Assembly: GCA_951406725.2 (NCBI GenBank) | Contig: OX597823.1 | Location: forward strand, 104,656,001-104,720,000 | DNA length: 64,000 nucleotides | From: Octopus vulgaris | Lineage: Eukaryota | Direction of reading: 5' to 3' | Part shown: positions 36,376 to 50,750 of the stretch, piece after piece | How positions within the stretch are numbered: the stretch's first letter is position 1 | Layout of the letters: each line of letters begins with the position of its first letter | Translations under genes and position numbers: made by a program | The notes under the pieces: model-generated | Database searches by the model: none | What the model was told of the DNA's origin: nothing | The model's input: the letters and a program-made list of their open reading frames with translations, nothing else

Positions 36376-39300
36376 TATTCAAGTTGAAAAAGTGTGACAC
36401 ACTGACATTCATATTTATTATATTAAATGTTTAATTTTGGGGAAACTTTATCTCAATTATATATGTGTGCGTGTATGTATATGTAAAGAAAGCAAAAAAT
36501 AAAACAAAAATGATAGTGTGCAGTATGTTGGCCACAGGAATTTGTCAAAAAGATATGGTTAAACAAAGTTGTACATCATTGCCCTCTTTCTCTCTTATTC
36601 CCACTGCCACCATCAACTCTCCTTAAATTTCTCTCTTTTTCTCTTTGCCACCACCCTCACCATCTCTATACCTACTATTACTCTCACCACATTATGAGGA
36701 TTAGTAGGAGTGCCATTAAATAGTGTGAGAAAGGGTCGAAGTGAGACACAGAAATTAGTTTTTACATTTATTATATTAGATGAAGCTTATCAAGGCACTA
36801 ACAGAAGATATGGGAGATGAGCCTGTGGCCAAAGGAGTGGACTCAATCGCTGATGATAACCATTCTCAAGAAAGCAACCAAAGACTCTGCTAGGACTTAT
36901 AGAACAATCAGCCTAATTAGCCATCCCAGTAAATTATTGCTAAGGGTTCTGCTAAGCAGACTTAAGAGGAAGGCAGGACACGAAAATGAACAGCTTTCTT
37001 AGGCAGCAAGTCAACAAATAGGCTGGCAGACAGGACCCACACCTTGTGTAAGTAAAAAGACAAAAGCTTGCATGATAGTCACTTATCCTACCACAACTAC
37101 CAGACAATAACCTTTCTTGAGGGCAAAATTGAGAGAGGATGAAAGAAAGGCAGGCAAAAAATTCTGGTTTGACAGCAAAGACTGAACAGTTCACAACACT
37201 GTGAACCTGCTACATTTGACAGAGAACTATGGTGATGGCTGATTGCAAAAGCATCTAGAGTGGCACCCCAATGACTGACTGCATTAGTTAAGGGATCTTG
37301 ATGATGAGGAGGAGTAAAGGCCAGAGGATATGAAGAAAGTAAAGCAGCAATAGTGTTGAGAGATACAATATTGTAAAACTGATAACACTACTTTTCTTGA
37401 GGTTACTGAATTCATTTTGGTATACAATAAAACAAAACACGAAGCAATTTGTTGCATACTTCAAGAAGATCCACCATTCAAACTTTGATTAAAAGTAATC
37501 TGATTTCTGGATTCTCCATCTTCAAAGATAGGTTTACAAAGAATGACTTGGGATTTCATATATTTCATATTTGTTAGCTAATACACGAACTCAATTCTTT
37601 GAGAGGAAAAGAAATAACTGAATACAATTTGGGTTCAATCTTTGAATTTTGACGTCCTTGCCAATTTTACCTTGAAAACTATTCACTGGTAAGTGAAGGA
37701 AAGATGTAGATGGGGGGGGGTCACAATGAGGCCTAATAAGCTCTCAGAATACACATAAAGGTTCTAAAAGTAATGTTAAAATTAGTAGTGAACACAATGA
37801 GGAATTTGAGTATACAGATGATTCCTTTCAACCTAGTCTTTCAGAGGTTACACACTATTTTACAACTACGAGGCACAAGTCAGAACTGAACGCAATACAA
37901 AATAAATGAGATTATCAGAAGGATTGCCATATGCAATTAAGAGACTTCTGCACCAGTATGGACATATCAAGAAAATGGATAAGTTGAAGCACAAGGTGCC
38001 ACAACATGAAGCAGAAATAGTTTAGACAGTGATCAGAATAGAGATGTGTAGAAGTATATTATTTTATAAGAAAGCAGTGAATTAATAATATTAGGCTTTC
38101 TATTTTTGAAGCATCTTTTTTTGCAAAATTTATTGGATTTTACAAGCAAAGTAGTTAGCTGCAAGCTCAGTGATTGGTTGTCGCTATTTTTCTATATATT
38201 GCCAGCTGGAGCAAACTACTGCTATCTCTAGTGGATGGGTGTCCACCACTGAGGTTGAGTGCAAATAGCTTGAAGACAGACCGTCTGGTGGTCCCATTGT
38301 TGTCGCTAGAAGATGGTATGGGTTTGCTCTCCTGCTTGCAATACATATCAGGTGCAGATTGCATTGATAACTGGCTGGAGGAGGCTCTTCCTGAGGTTAA
38401 AAACAGTAGTATCATTGGTTCCTACAAACAGCTATACTGAAGTGGCAATAAACATTACTGGATTTAATTAATATCAAAATTGAAAACTAGTTTTTGTTAT
38501 ACAATTTGCTTCTTAACACTTCAAAACACAATGTACAGTCATGAAATGAGAAAGCCTTTAACACTTCACTAGAATTCAAAATGAAAGTTTTTATCACTAG
38601 ATATTGAGTAATGTTTCATTCCAATTCAAGAATGGCAGCATATTACAACCGAACTGGTTAGAATAAAAAAATAAGTAGAAAATAAAAATACCATATGAAT
38701 AAACTAATACATTCTCCAGGTATGTAGACTAATGGAAATTGTCCTTATCTAATAGAAGATTCTTTTATTGACAAAACCTATACTACTAGTAAGCTGAACT
38801 GGGAGATATATATGCAATTTACAGTTTTGCCTGAATATAGTCTATAGTCTTTCATATTGCTCTATGTTGGGCTGTGCAACTATCCTTTCATCAGAAGGCA
38901 GTATAGCTCTGAAATTCACTTTATCTAAGCAAACCAATATTATCTTAGCTTATTAATTATGTTTTTATAAGCTTCATCAATTCTCTATTCAACAAAATTT
39001 CTTTTCTTTCCCCCCATAATACAAGCAACCAATATTTCTTAACTAATATGTACAATTTAATCCTTGTACTAAGTACATTTTTATGGAAGTATCTACAAAT
39101 TTCTTCAAACTTCATTTTAAAATACAACAGAGAGAAGAGAAAGTCAATGAATTTGGTTTATTGAGTGAATATGAACTAATTGAATTGTTTGCTATACAAT
39201 CTAAAATGAACGACATTGCTTGTCAATCAGTGTTCTTTATGAATAAGTATACTTAAAAATTATACCAGCCACCACATATGTTGACCTGGTTTACCCCCAG

Positions 39301-39457
39301 ATACTTTTAACAGTATGACCAGATAGATAGCAAATAATAAACACTTTCTAGATTTTGATGGTAAACAATCTTAACCAAATTATGTATGCATGTAGATCTA
39401 ATTTCTTAGTGCACACTTATGCCATATTCTCAAAGCATTTTTAGATGCGTTCTTCCT

Positions 39458-39491
<34 letters not shown>

Positions 39492-39494
39492 CAT

Positions 39495-39979
39495 GAGTGT
39501 GATCATTGACAGAGTGGCTAACCGGCTTCCGTGCCAGTGGCACTTAAAAGGCCACCATTCAAGTGTGATCATTACCAGCGTCACCTTACTGGCACTTGAG
39601 CCCCGTGCTAGTAGGGTATTAAGAGCACCATCCGAGCATGATCATTGCCAGAGTGGCTATCTGGCCTCCGTGCCGGTGGCACGTAAAAAACACCATTCGA
39701 GTGTGATTGTTACCAGCATCGCCTTACTGGCACCTGTGCCGGTGGCATGTGTAAAAGATTCGAGTGAGGTCATTGCCAGTACCGCTTGACTGGCCCCGTG
39801 CCGGCGGCATGTAAAAGTACCCACTACACTCTCGGAGTGGTTGGCGTTAGGAAGGGCATCCAGCTGTAGAAACTCTGCCAGATCAAGATTGAAGCCTGGT
39901 GCAGCCATCTGGTTCACCAGTCCTCAGTCAAATCGTCCAACCCATGCTAGCATGGAAAGCGGACGTTAAACGAGGATGA
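39495..39979 (+). mobile_element. RTE LINE 3' UTR with several tandem hairpin units and tail
   Basis: Repeated gtgccggtggcac...caccattcgagtgtgat units followed by the standard tail. Confidence 0.85.
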
Positions 39980-41084
39980 TTTGTTTTTCCACTTTTGTTT
40001 TGGTTGGACTTTTCTTTGTATTACAGTACCACACTACTTGTAATCATTTGTTCCCTTGTGAGGAGCAAATCCCTGAGCTTAGCTCTCACCACTTCTTTCT
40101 CTTCCGCAGGTTCCTTCACATGGCCCACTGGTCACTTCTTTATGCAACTGTCACCCTCATGCCCATATCAGCAAAGTCTTTTCTTAGCACACACCCAATT
40201 TCTCTTTGCTCAGCTCACCTGAGCTCCATGGTTCACATCCAGTGGAAGCATATTCACTTCAAAACTTTCTAGCATTCAATGTCCATATTTTACTGCAAGC
40301 AGAGATAACAACATTCAGAACATTTTCCATCCTGTTCTTACTCTGGATGCTATGCCCTTGGAACACCTTCCCACACAGCTAGTTTAGTTACCTGCATAAC
40401 AGAAGCTGTCACCTACCACTAAGAAGCATTTGATCACAATTCCATCCTTTCCTCATTCACCGCTACACCCATCTCTAATCACTTGTCCTTCCTGATTCTT
40501 TGTCCGTATTCTCTCTTATACTCACCCTATTGCACCTTGAAAATATGCTCACTCTCACCTAACTGACAGCACAGTTCTCACAAGTTATTCATCAACAACT
40601 AGTATCCTTAGTGGCCACCAAATTACACAGCATGATACTCTCATCAAAAGTCTTCTCCACAATGAATGCTAGGAATGGTGTGCTATTTGCCAAGAACTAC
40701 TGTAGTTATCTCACTATGAAAACAGCATCAGAGCTGTTTTCACTCAAAATGCATTTCATCTAAGTTAATTCTCTTCTTAATCAGCTGTGGTCTAACTTTC
40801 TGTAACCTTCATAACTTGGTTCATCAATTTGTAACCACTATAGTTGCTTCTACAGCATCCTCTTTGCCACTGTAGCAGTGATGGTGATACTGCTACATCA
40901 GGTATGGAAAATGATGGCTGACTATGCATACTGTATATTGCTCAATATTTTCAGCATCTCAGAAACTATCAATAATGATCAAACTGCTTCCCTAATACAC
41001 ACATACAAGTGCAGGCTTGGCTGAGAGATAAAGAAGTTTGCTTCTTAACCATATGGTTTTAAGTTCAGTCCTACATGTCCTCTT

Positions 41085-41557
41085 GTGATTTTGATTTCAC
41101 TTACCTCAACAGGCCTTCGCAAGCAGAGCTTAGTGTCCAAAGAAGGAAAAGGTATGCATAAGTGGGCTGGTTAGGCCCCTGGCATAGGCCACGAGGTTAT
41201 GGTCTCATTTGGCTTGCTAGCTCTTATGCACAGCATATTTCCAAAAGTCTTGGTCACTAGTCATTTCCTTGGTGAAGCCTAAAGTTCGAAGGTCGTGCTT
41301 CACCACTTCATCCCAGGTCTACCTCTTTCACAGGTTCCCTCAACCGCTAGGGTGTGGCACTTTTTCACACAGCTATCCTCATCCATTCTTGCCACATGAC
41401 CATACCAGTGCAGTTGTCTCTTGCACACCACATCTGATGCTTCTTAGGTCTAACTTTTCTCTCAAGGTACTTACACTCTGTCGACACTGACATTACACAT
41501 TACACATCCATCAGATCATACTGGCTTCATTCCTTGCGAGCTTACACATGTCCTCAG
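41085..41557 (-). mobile_element. RTE LINE fragment (ORF end and UTR), antisense copy
   Basis: Reverse complement of ~9005-9490 (e.g. gttcgaaggtcgtgcttcaccac, ccctcaaccgctagggtgtggcactttttcacac). Confidence 0.85.
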
Positions 41558-41929
41558 CAAAATGAGTATTAGTCATTTTCAATCTTTTGTGGAAACATGT
41601 CTGCCCATGGGGAAATTACCTTGCTTGGAAATAGTACTACTTAGCTTAAGTGGTCTACCAGGGCACCTGTTCTATCTCTAGCTGGTACTTACAACATCTA
41701 ATTGCAAACATACACACAACACATTATGTAACATCTGCTTCTCCATGCTTCCACAGGTCAGAGTTCACTGAGGTAAATTTTCTACAGCTTGATGCCCTTC
41801 CTGTCAAAATCTCTAGCCTGTTTGCAAGCAAGTTCATATTTCCCCAAGACAGGACAGATTTCTGCAAAAAATGGGAAATAAAGACACTGGTTACAGACAC
41901 AAATGATGGTCTTGCTCCTCAACCTTGTT

Positions 41930-42270
41930 CTGAGTTCAGTCCCACTGCATGTCACTGTGGGAATATGTCTTCTATGGCCTTGGTCTGACCAAAGTCTTGA
42001 GAGTGAATTTCATTGTATTTGTGTGTTTATGTATGTATGTATGTGTGTATATACACACACACACATCTGTCTGTGTCTGACCCCTACCACCACTTGTTAA
42101 CTGGTGCTGGTCTGTTTATGCCCCTCTAAGCAGTTTGATAAAAAGAGGCTGAAAGAATATATACAAGACTTAAAAAAAGAAAAATCTACTGGAGTTGCTT
42201 TGTTCAATTAAACCTTTCAAGGTGATGCCCCAGCATGACCACAGTATAATGACAAAAAAATAAAGGAAAG
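41930..42270 (+). mobile_element. tRNA-derived SINE, diverged
   Basis: gagttcagtcccactgcatgtcactgtgggaa head/core, internal TG/CA run and ccccagcatgaccacagt tail. Confidence 0.6.
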
Positions 42271-44355
42271 ATATGTATGCACATATATACATACAATGGG
42301 CTTCATTAAGTTTCTGCCGACTGAATCCGCTTACAATGTTTTAGTTGGACTGGGGCTGGAGCAGAAGACACTTGCCAAGGTGCCAGACAGTGGAACTGAA
42401 CCCAAAACCATGAGAGTGGGAAACAAACATTTTAAATACATGGCCATGTGAGCACACACATATTTTAACTAGGTTTGTACTCAGCACTTTTATTTGTCAA
42501 AATTTCAAAGCTTTTCCATTCTGCTATGCTATATTTTCCAAAGATGTCAAATTCCATGATTAAATTTTCGACTTTAAACAGATGGTTTCAGACTGGTTGA
42601 AAAAGATGCTGTTTTGTTGATGGTAGAAGGTACTAAAGATAAAGGATCAAAAAGAACATGAGACAAAGGTGTTAGATTAGATATAAAAACACTGAGCCTG
42701 TAAGATAGAAAGATGCAATTTGGAGATGTATGAGAATAAGTACTGTAATACACACCTATTCTATTAATGTCAGTTAAGAAAATGACTTCATATGGTACTG
42801 TTGTTGGTAATTGTGCTAAAAGTATAACAAGCATCTAAAGAACATTAATGTCTCCAATTTGGCTCATTTTAACCATCAAGTTAGCATTTTTCATCATCCC
42901 ATGACTGTTTTAAATGAGCAGCAGCAGTTGGTTCTTTAAAGAATCTAAAATAATATTAAGGCTTTCTAAATAAAAACATTGCATAAACCAAACTCCTCTC
43001 TTCATGTTGTTTAATCAGTGCAATGCACAATTACTTAGAGATAGGTTTAAATAAATTTTAGAATTCTTATGGTACAGAGAATCATCGTCACCATTGTCCA
43101 TACTGGCATGGATTGGACTTCCTTTAAACAGTAATTAATTTCATTTTTATTGCATTATTTTTCAAGAGCTCTAACTCTTAAGTAGATTGTTATAGATGCT
43201 TACTAGACATCTTCATTGTAACAAGCAAATTACAATCTTGTTCCTTGTTTTCCTTGGCTAAACTTTACTCTGGACATCTATTTATTCTTATGTAGCCTAG
43301 AAGCATATCTAAATGCACTAAGAAATACCTAACATTCTCAATCTTTACCAAGATCACAATCAACTTGGAGCTTTTTTAATGTCTGCATTTTATTACAAGT
43401 TTTAGGAAGCTCTTAAAAATTTAATTAAAAGGGTTTTGCAGATACATGATGGAACAGTTAAGGGCTCTTTTAAACTGATATGAAAACAAATAACTAGCAA
43501 ACAAAACAGGAAGTAGAAACGGTTTCTCAATTAGAAATTAACAGATTTATTAATTCTCCATGACTAAATGCATTTGAAATGTATACAGTTGGGTTATGAA
43601 TACTAGTGTGTATAACTAGGCTATAGGAAACAGGACATCACATAGCTATGTTACTGATAAGGATTACAGATGAGGAGCAGAGATAAGTATGGAACAAAAT
43701 ATTGGTTTCGAATTTTGGCATCAGGCCAGCATGACCCCAGTGTTCAACTGGAACTTATTTTATTGACCCTGAAAGAATGACAGGCAAAGCTGATGTAAAG
43801 AGATGAAATCCTGCTAAGCATTTTGTCTGACGTGTTAATAATCCTGTCAGCTCGCTGCCCTCTGTATTAAACAAAATATTACCAACTGAATTACAAAGGT
43901 GACAACAAGAGGAGCAAATGAGTCCTGAAACATAGCTCCAGAAATGCTAAAACATTTGAACAGTATTTGATAATCATTTATTGAATTACTCATCTAATTC
44001 ACAAACAAGGTCGAATACTTGGCAAAATAAAAACATACATGAACATATCCAGCCAAACTGAAACAGTAACAGATAGTCAGTAAAATACTGACAGCAGTTC
44101 ATATTTAATCATCAGTGTAATAAGCTTCTCTAGCTATACTTACCAGGCAGTACAATTGAGAAGAAAACTCTGAAGAGCATGTAGTTATTTGGGCATTTTC
44201 CTATTAAATAGGAATTATCAAATAATTTCAGTGCTGAGTTCATATCCTCTGACGCAAAACCTTAAAGTGCAAGAACTTGTAGAAAAAGCAATACTAAGTC
44301 AAATGAAATAATGAACCTAGTATCACAAGACAATGATGGACAACTTTTAAAAGTC

Positions 44356-44525
44356 TGACTGGCCCCGTGCCGGTGGCATGTAAAAGCACCCACTACACTC
44401 TTGGGAGTGGAAGAGCATCCAGCTGTAGAAACTCTGCCAGATCAAGATTGGAGCCTGATGCAGCCCTCAGTCAAATCGTCCAACCCATGCTAGCATAGAA
44501 AGCGGACGTTAATCGATGATGATGG
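44356..44525 (+). mobile_element. RTE LINE 3' tail with internal deletions
   Basis: Matches the LINE tail sequence and ends in gatgatgat. Confidence 0.8.
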
Positions 44526-46839
44526 TGATCATTAGTAGTCTGCTCAGTATAAAGTTATTAAACTTACTGATCTGTCAAGATGATGAGTTCATGTTCAGTG
44601 TAACCATTGTTCATAAATGAATACAGCATTCTTGCAATCCACTGTTCAGTAGATACCATTTGCCTACTCATGGTCATATCTGCATGCATCTCATAATCAG
44701 ATGGCTTTTACTGCAAGGAATAGCTGCATGGTAAATTTACATCAAGATCCCACAAACTGCAAAATGACTACAATATCTTAAAGCATGTATGAAATCATGA
44801 ACATGTCATCACCATTGGAAATGCCCGATCTCCATGCTGGTGTGGGTCAAACATATATACAAACAGCATCTGTCCATATATTTCGGCCATACATTACTGA
44901 TGATGATTTTATCATCAGTAAAGTCTAGTCTTCTATACATTCCTCCAGATACTGTCTTTCACTTAATATCTTCTCATTACATTCCTAATGACAGTTCTAC
45001 CATTCTCCACACCTACACTTAAATCCCAAAGTTCAAAATGCACATGAAATGAATCCCACTCAATGTGTACCTCTCAGTTCATCAGAAGCATTGATTTTAC
45101 AAACCGTTTGCCACAGGAATCATAATCTACCATATCATTGAAATGGATACCCTTCTGAGTAGGATTGATATTCTACCATCTAGGAAAGAAATACCTAACA
45201 ACTGTGCAGACACAAACTCAAATTAAATGGGTCTTTTAATAGCTACAGTTAGGTCTCACAAAATCTAAAAAAGGAGAGATAATTGTAATAAGATCAGTAG
45301 AGTGAAATAGTTGGATAATAATGCAGGCAAGAGTGGATCTGGCTTTGAAGGCAACCAGTGAAAACAATAGACAGGTTTTAGAGAAATTAACTTCCATAAC
45401 AAAGCACATTCTACTTAGTTGGTAAGATTGGTATTATATATATATCATTTAACATCTAAGTTTTGTGTTTGCTGGTTCAACTAGTCGGAGGGCTATGTTG
45501 GTCTCCAGTGTCTACTTTGGATAAGTTTCTATGACTGGATACCCTTCCGAATGCCAACCACTGGGTTGCTTTTATGTGACATTGGTACCAGCAGGATCGC
45601 CAAATAACTTACAAGATAAAACACCTTGACAGAGTAAGTGTGCAGTATGGAAGGAGCAGCTTTGTGTCAGGTGTAGAGGGGCCAAATTAGGAAAGAACAG
45701 GAATAGGTGTCTTGTAGAGGAGATACACGGGAAAAGGAGAAAGGATAGTGGGGATGATGTAACAGAGCAGACTCTCAAGGTATGAGAAAAGAGATAGAAG
45801 CAGAGTACATACACACACACACACACACATAGAAAGGTAAAAGGGATGGGGGAAATATAATAATGAAGATTATGAATGTCAACAATGCAGCTGAGAGAAA
45901 ATACCAAGAGAACTCGCTATATACTAAGCACATATATGGTTGGGACTTATGCCATGTAAACAGCACCCAGTACACAATGTAAAGTGGTTGAAGTCAGGAA
46001 GGGCATCTAGCCTTAGAAAATACGCCAGAACTCACAATAGAACCTGATGCAGCCCGTCAAACAGTCCAACCTATGCCGGCATGGAAAATGGATGTTCAAG
46101 CAATTACAACCTACAAGAGTATTTCAAATTTAAAATCAGCAAGGGAAATAAATCCAATAAGATCAGATGAATGAAATTTTTGAACAATAGAGATGATGCA
46201 GGTTTGATTAGTTTGTCATTAAAGGAAACGGGTGACAGTGAGGCACATGTTTCAGCTTTATTAGACCTCCTCAATAAAACAAAATACTTGGCAAGATTAA
46301 ACAGTGTGTGTGTGTGTAGTGTGAATGTAGGTGATGTTTACTAACAATATGGCTCAGAGAAAATATCTCTGTATATTCAGTACAAATACAGTATGGCTTC
46401 ACATATGAAACACAGTTAATGAAAAAAGAATTCAGTAAGTGCAATTATCTCAGTAATTACTAGAAAAAGTACCATCAAGGAAGGGGTAATTAAAATCTAA
46501 AACAACTATCAAGACAGATAGCTCCAATGAAATCAACTGATCAAATTTTTTAAACATAAGACACTGGAAATATGAGTGGATCTGCTCATTAAAGGCAATT
46601 AGTGAAAGTGGTCGATGTTTCAGTTTAATTAATCTCTTCAGTGAAGGATTTTCTATTTAATTGGCGAAAACAAGACAAAAAGTAATTAACAACTTGCCAT
46701 TGAATATATGCAACCTTTCATATTTGATCTTAGTGTGCAAAACTGTTCACAAGTATTGTGCTTCAGCTTCATTTTTAATAAATGCATTTAGTGCCATTGC
46801 ATGAATATGCATGCAACTTATTCACACACTCCTTCATTT

Positions 46840-47770
46840 TCTAGACACTGCATGTCTATCATAATCCTACAGGCCATCACAGAGGATTTTTAGATTGGGT
46901 GTCAATGGGAACTATATGCAGAAGACATAGACACCATAACTGAATTAAAGTTGAAATTCTGGGTATGGAAGCTGAACCTAGAATCAAAAGATCTTAAGGT
47001 AAGTTTAGCAAAGATGAAGGTTCCTGTGAGAAGGAAGAAAGACAGTACCTTTAGGGAAATGGCCCCACTTGATATGCAGAGAAGGAGTAGGTATAAACTC
47101 CATATGTTGTACATAATGTAAGCAATGGACACACGAGATGCAATGAAATTGCAGACAGATTAAAAGAAAATATAAGCTTTGTATGTGATAGATGCACAGG
47201 AGCAGTATGAACTATGAACAAACTGGAAATAAATGCACTTGAATTTTCCTGGGTAGCTCGCTAGAAGTAGTTGTTAGCTTTTATCCAAAAGAAGAAATTA
47301 ACAAGGGAGGTGGCTACTCCAAGAGTATAGTAGCCAGAGTAAGAATGGGTTGGAGAAAATTCAAGAAATTATTACCATTGTTGGCAACAAAGGTCTAGGT
47401 TTTTCCCAGAATGAAGGGCAGATTGGATGATGCTTGTGTAAGAATTGCAATACTGCATGACAGACATGGATTTTGAAAGCAGAAGACTTGAGAAGATTGG
47501 AAAAAAAATGAAAATATGTGCTGAGGGAAAACTGGGTATAAGAGGATGCAGTGGGCAAGAAAGAAGACTGTGCTGATAAGGACAAGTAATGCATATGGAT
47601 GAGGACAGCTGTATAAAGAAATGCCAATCACTTGATGTGGTTGGAGCTCGTGGAAAGAGACCCAGGATGACATGGGATGAACTGGTCGAACTTGACATTA
47701 AGACCAAGAACCTCATAGAGATGATAAAGGACTGGGATATCTTGCAATACAAGGCTCTCAAGAAAACCTA
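46840..47770 (+). pseudogene. Decayed RTE LINE RT C-terminal region
   Basis: tgggaactatatgcagaagac (WE(L)LYA.D-like), gccagagtaagaatgggttggagaaaattcaagaaattattacc (ARVR.GW.KF..LLP) and ORF 47589-47903 (MDEDSCIKKC...GKRPRMTWDE). Confidence 0.7.
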
Positions 47771-48904
47771 CCCACATCTACAAAAACTGACTTCTGGAAA
47801 CACTGCATGTGTAGATAAGTGCACAAACAAGCATTTCACCCAATCTCCTATCCTATTCCTCAACACCAGTCCAGTTCACTCGTTAGCATCCATCATCCAG
47901 TAATTATTGCTCTCTTCTACTCATTAGTGATCGTTACCCAACCCCATTGAACCACCAAATTATCTCCCCTCAAGCACCATGTCAGCCTCTCCCTGCTACT
48001 TCTGCATCTTACCCATCTTCATGTCATCTTTCTCATCCTTCTCCTGCTGACTGCATCATTAATTACTATCACTATCTTGCTGTGCTCCTCTGCATCCCAT
48101 CCAGCACTCCCACAGTTACCCTTAAACACTACCTAATCTTTATAGTCGCTGCCAACCTTCCATTCCCCCATTTCTTGCAATACCCCACCCCTTCACCTTA
48201 TACCATGAGGGGCCACCTAAACTTGCAGCTCTTGATCATTTTCACCCTCTGTTCTAAATGTGAGTAGCCATGAAGCTCCCCTACAAGAAAGAACCTGCTC
48301 TCTCATACTTTAAACCCCACTTCGCATTGCATAAAACCTCTCCAAAGGGTTTTGTAGTTTTGTGAGCTGCACGGTGACCTCACTAGTACCAGAGGGATGA
48401 AAAAAGCACCCAGTGCATGCTGTAAGTTGGTTGGTGTTCAGAAGGGCATCCAGAAACCATGCCAAGGCAGATAATGAAGCCTGATGTAGCCCTTGGACAC
48501 ATCAGATCCTGTCAAACCATTCAACACATGCTAGCACAGAACATGGATGTTGAATGAGAGCGACAATGGTTAATTGAAAGGAACCCTTTTAATTAATCCT
48601 ACAATTTTTCAAATAAAGGACTATCATAAAAGAAACAAACTTGGCTTGTTATGATGATCAACTGAGAACAGTGTGATAAATATATACTTCTATAACAGTT
48701 CAAAACTACTTACTTAGATGTGATCAGTTAGTGACCCATGAGAATGCAATCACAGAAGACGTTAACTATGTCAGTTAAGTTGAAAGGACTGTTACCTCTC
48801 ATGATGTCAAAGAGGTTCTTTCAGTCTCTCTCTTGTGTCAGGGCATATTCATGCTGTAGACGAATAATGGCTTGTTCCTCCTCCATTTATTTCTGTCTCT
48901 TGCA

Positions 48905-49235
48905 ACACCACCCAGGACTTTCTCACTTTGCACATTCATTCTCTTCTTCGTCCAGTTGAACATCTTCATTCTCTGCCTTCCTCTCGCTCTCCTTCCCAGC
49001 AGCTCAGTCTCCACTGAGTAACGCTCCGTTCTGTCATCCTCTCTGAGAAAATTACCAACTGTCCCTCTTTCTGATGGTATCCATCAACTGTCTCTTCACT
49101 TTCATCTTCTTCAACACTTCCATATTCGTCACCCTCTCTGCACTCATGAGATTCTAAGCATTTTTCTGTACAACCACATTTCTGCAGCTTTGAGTTTCTT
49201 TTCACTGACTTTGTTTATCGTTCAAGATTCACATC
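48905..49235 (-). pseudogene. RTE/BovB-like LINE C-terminal fragment
   Basis: With frameshifts, the minus strand reads KKLKAAEMWLYRKMLRIS..ERVTNMEVLKKM...LMDTIRKR...GRRARGRQRMKMFNW. Confidence 0.7.
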
Positions 49236-50400
49236 CACTTTCAGTGGAAAGTTTATATTACAATATCTGCCATCACAGGAGCTGAAATTGATATGTAGCA
49301 TAATATGAATTTGAAAAAACAAAGAAAGCAGTCAACTAGCAAAGCCATTTAAGCTTTGGATAAAATGTCTTGTAATATTTGTTCTGACAATGCACTGTGT
49401 TCAAATCCCACTGAGCTCAGCTTTGCTTTTCATCTAGGGTGCTGGATTGGTAGAGCTATTTGAGTATCAGACGAAATGCCTAGGGCTCTCTGTTCCAGCC
49501 CTACTGCCTTCTGACTGCAATACCTGCAATGATACTGCTAAGCTGTATTGACCCTAAAGCAGCAATCTTTCCTTTGGAGGACACGAGTGATGTGGAGACT
49601 TGCATGCATGGGCAACTGCCAGTTTTCCACACACAAAATAAGAGCAGAGAAAAGAAAACTTGCCCAGAACTGAATATACAGATGCAGATACATGGTCAAT
49701 TAACTGACAGAGGTCTCGGGATGAGTTTCAAAGAAAGGTACTGCAAACTGAAAAAAATCATTTGATATCAAATGGAAGGTTTTATGTAAGTCAGAAATGA
49801 CTACTATTATTTTAACATCCATTTTTCTATGCTAGATCGAGTCAATTTTTGCAACTAAATGCTCTTCCTATCAACAGGAAGCTAAAATTTCCTGTAGTCC
49901 TCTGCACTACCACATCATATGTAAGGATGGTGATCTGGCTTTCAGGCAGCATGTAAACAACAGCAAGACAAGCAGAAAACAAACATACACATATTCAGTG
50001 GGCTTCTTACAGTTTCCACCTACCACTTTCACTCACAAGGCATTGGTCAGTTCAAGGCCATAGTAGAAGATACCAGATTGCAATGCTACACATGGGAAAC
50101 AAACCCTAAACCTTGTGGTTATGAAGCAAAGTTTTTCACCACACAGCCAGCTACTAATGAATCAATAAAAACTGGAAAATACTGATATTTGATTTACATG
50201 TAAAAAGATACTTAGAATGAAGTATTAAGTCCTTTTAGAAATGAAAATACCATGCAGTAAAAACTGGATGGTAGTTTATCTAACACATATGAAAGGCAAG
50301 GCCATCAAACAGACCTGTTAACATCAATGTTCATACAAAATTTAATGCCAAGTTGTAAGACAGGTCCTTGATACATTAGCTTTCTACGTGGACTGGACTT

Positions 50401-50750
50401 CATCATCATCACCACTGTTTAACGTCCGCTTTCCATGCTAGCATGAGTTGGACGATTTTGACTGAGGGCTGGCGAACCAGATGGCTGCACCGGGCTTCAA
50501 TCTAGATCTGGCAGAGTTTCTACAGCTGGATGCCCTTCCTAACGCTAACCACTCCGAGTGTAGTGGGTGCTTTTTATTTGCCACCAGCACAGGGCCAGTC
50601 AGGTGGTACTGGTAACAACCTCGCTTGAATTTTTTACATATGCTACCGGCACAGGTGCCAGTAAGGTGACATTGGTAACGATCACGCTCGAATGGTGCCC
50701 TTTTACGTGCCACGGCACGGGGGCCAGTCAGGCAGTACTGGCAATGACCT
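50401..50750 (-). mobile_element. RTE LINE 3' UTR/tail, antisense copy
   Basis: Reverse complement of the LINE tail with tandem UTR units. Confidence 0.85.

Larger units (their letters stand above)
34080..37300 (+). pseudogene. Decayed RTE LINE interrupted by nested insertions
   Basis: K.PGV.NI at ~34465-34495 resumes after the piggyBac element as ...LT.TCQKIWE (35570-35639), then WPKEWTQSL...YRTISLISHPSKLLL (ORF 36817-37002). Confidence 0.7.

Noticed and set aside
39495-39830. Regularly spaced repeats resembling a CRISPR array
   Set aside because: Eukaryotic context, the spacers are homologous to each other, and the units belong to the LINE 3' UTR; no cas genes.
46240-46280. Minus-strand TTGAGGA-ggtc...agct-GAAA-CATG-TG hammerhead-like relic
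   Set aside because: Core and cleavage position are non-permissive (G at position 17) and stem I does not pair.
48966-49205. Acidic 79-aa ORF in the ORF track
   Set aside because: Out-of-frame reading of a frameshifted RTE LINE fragment.
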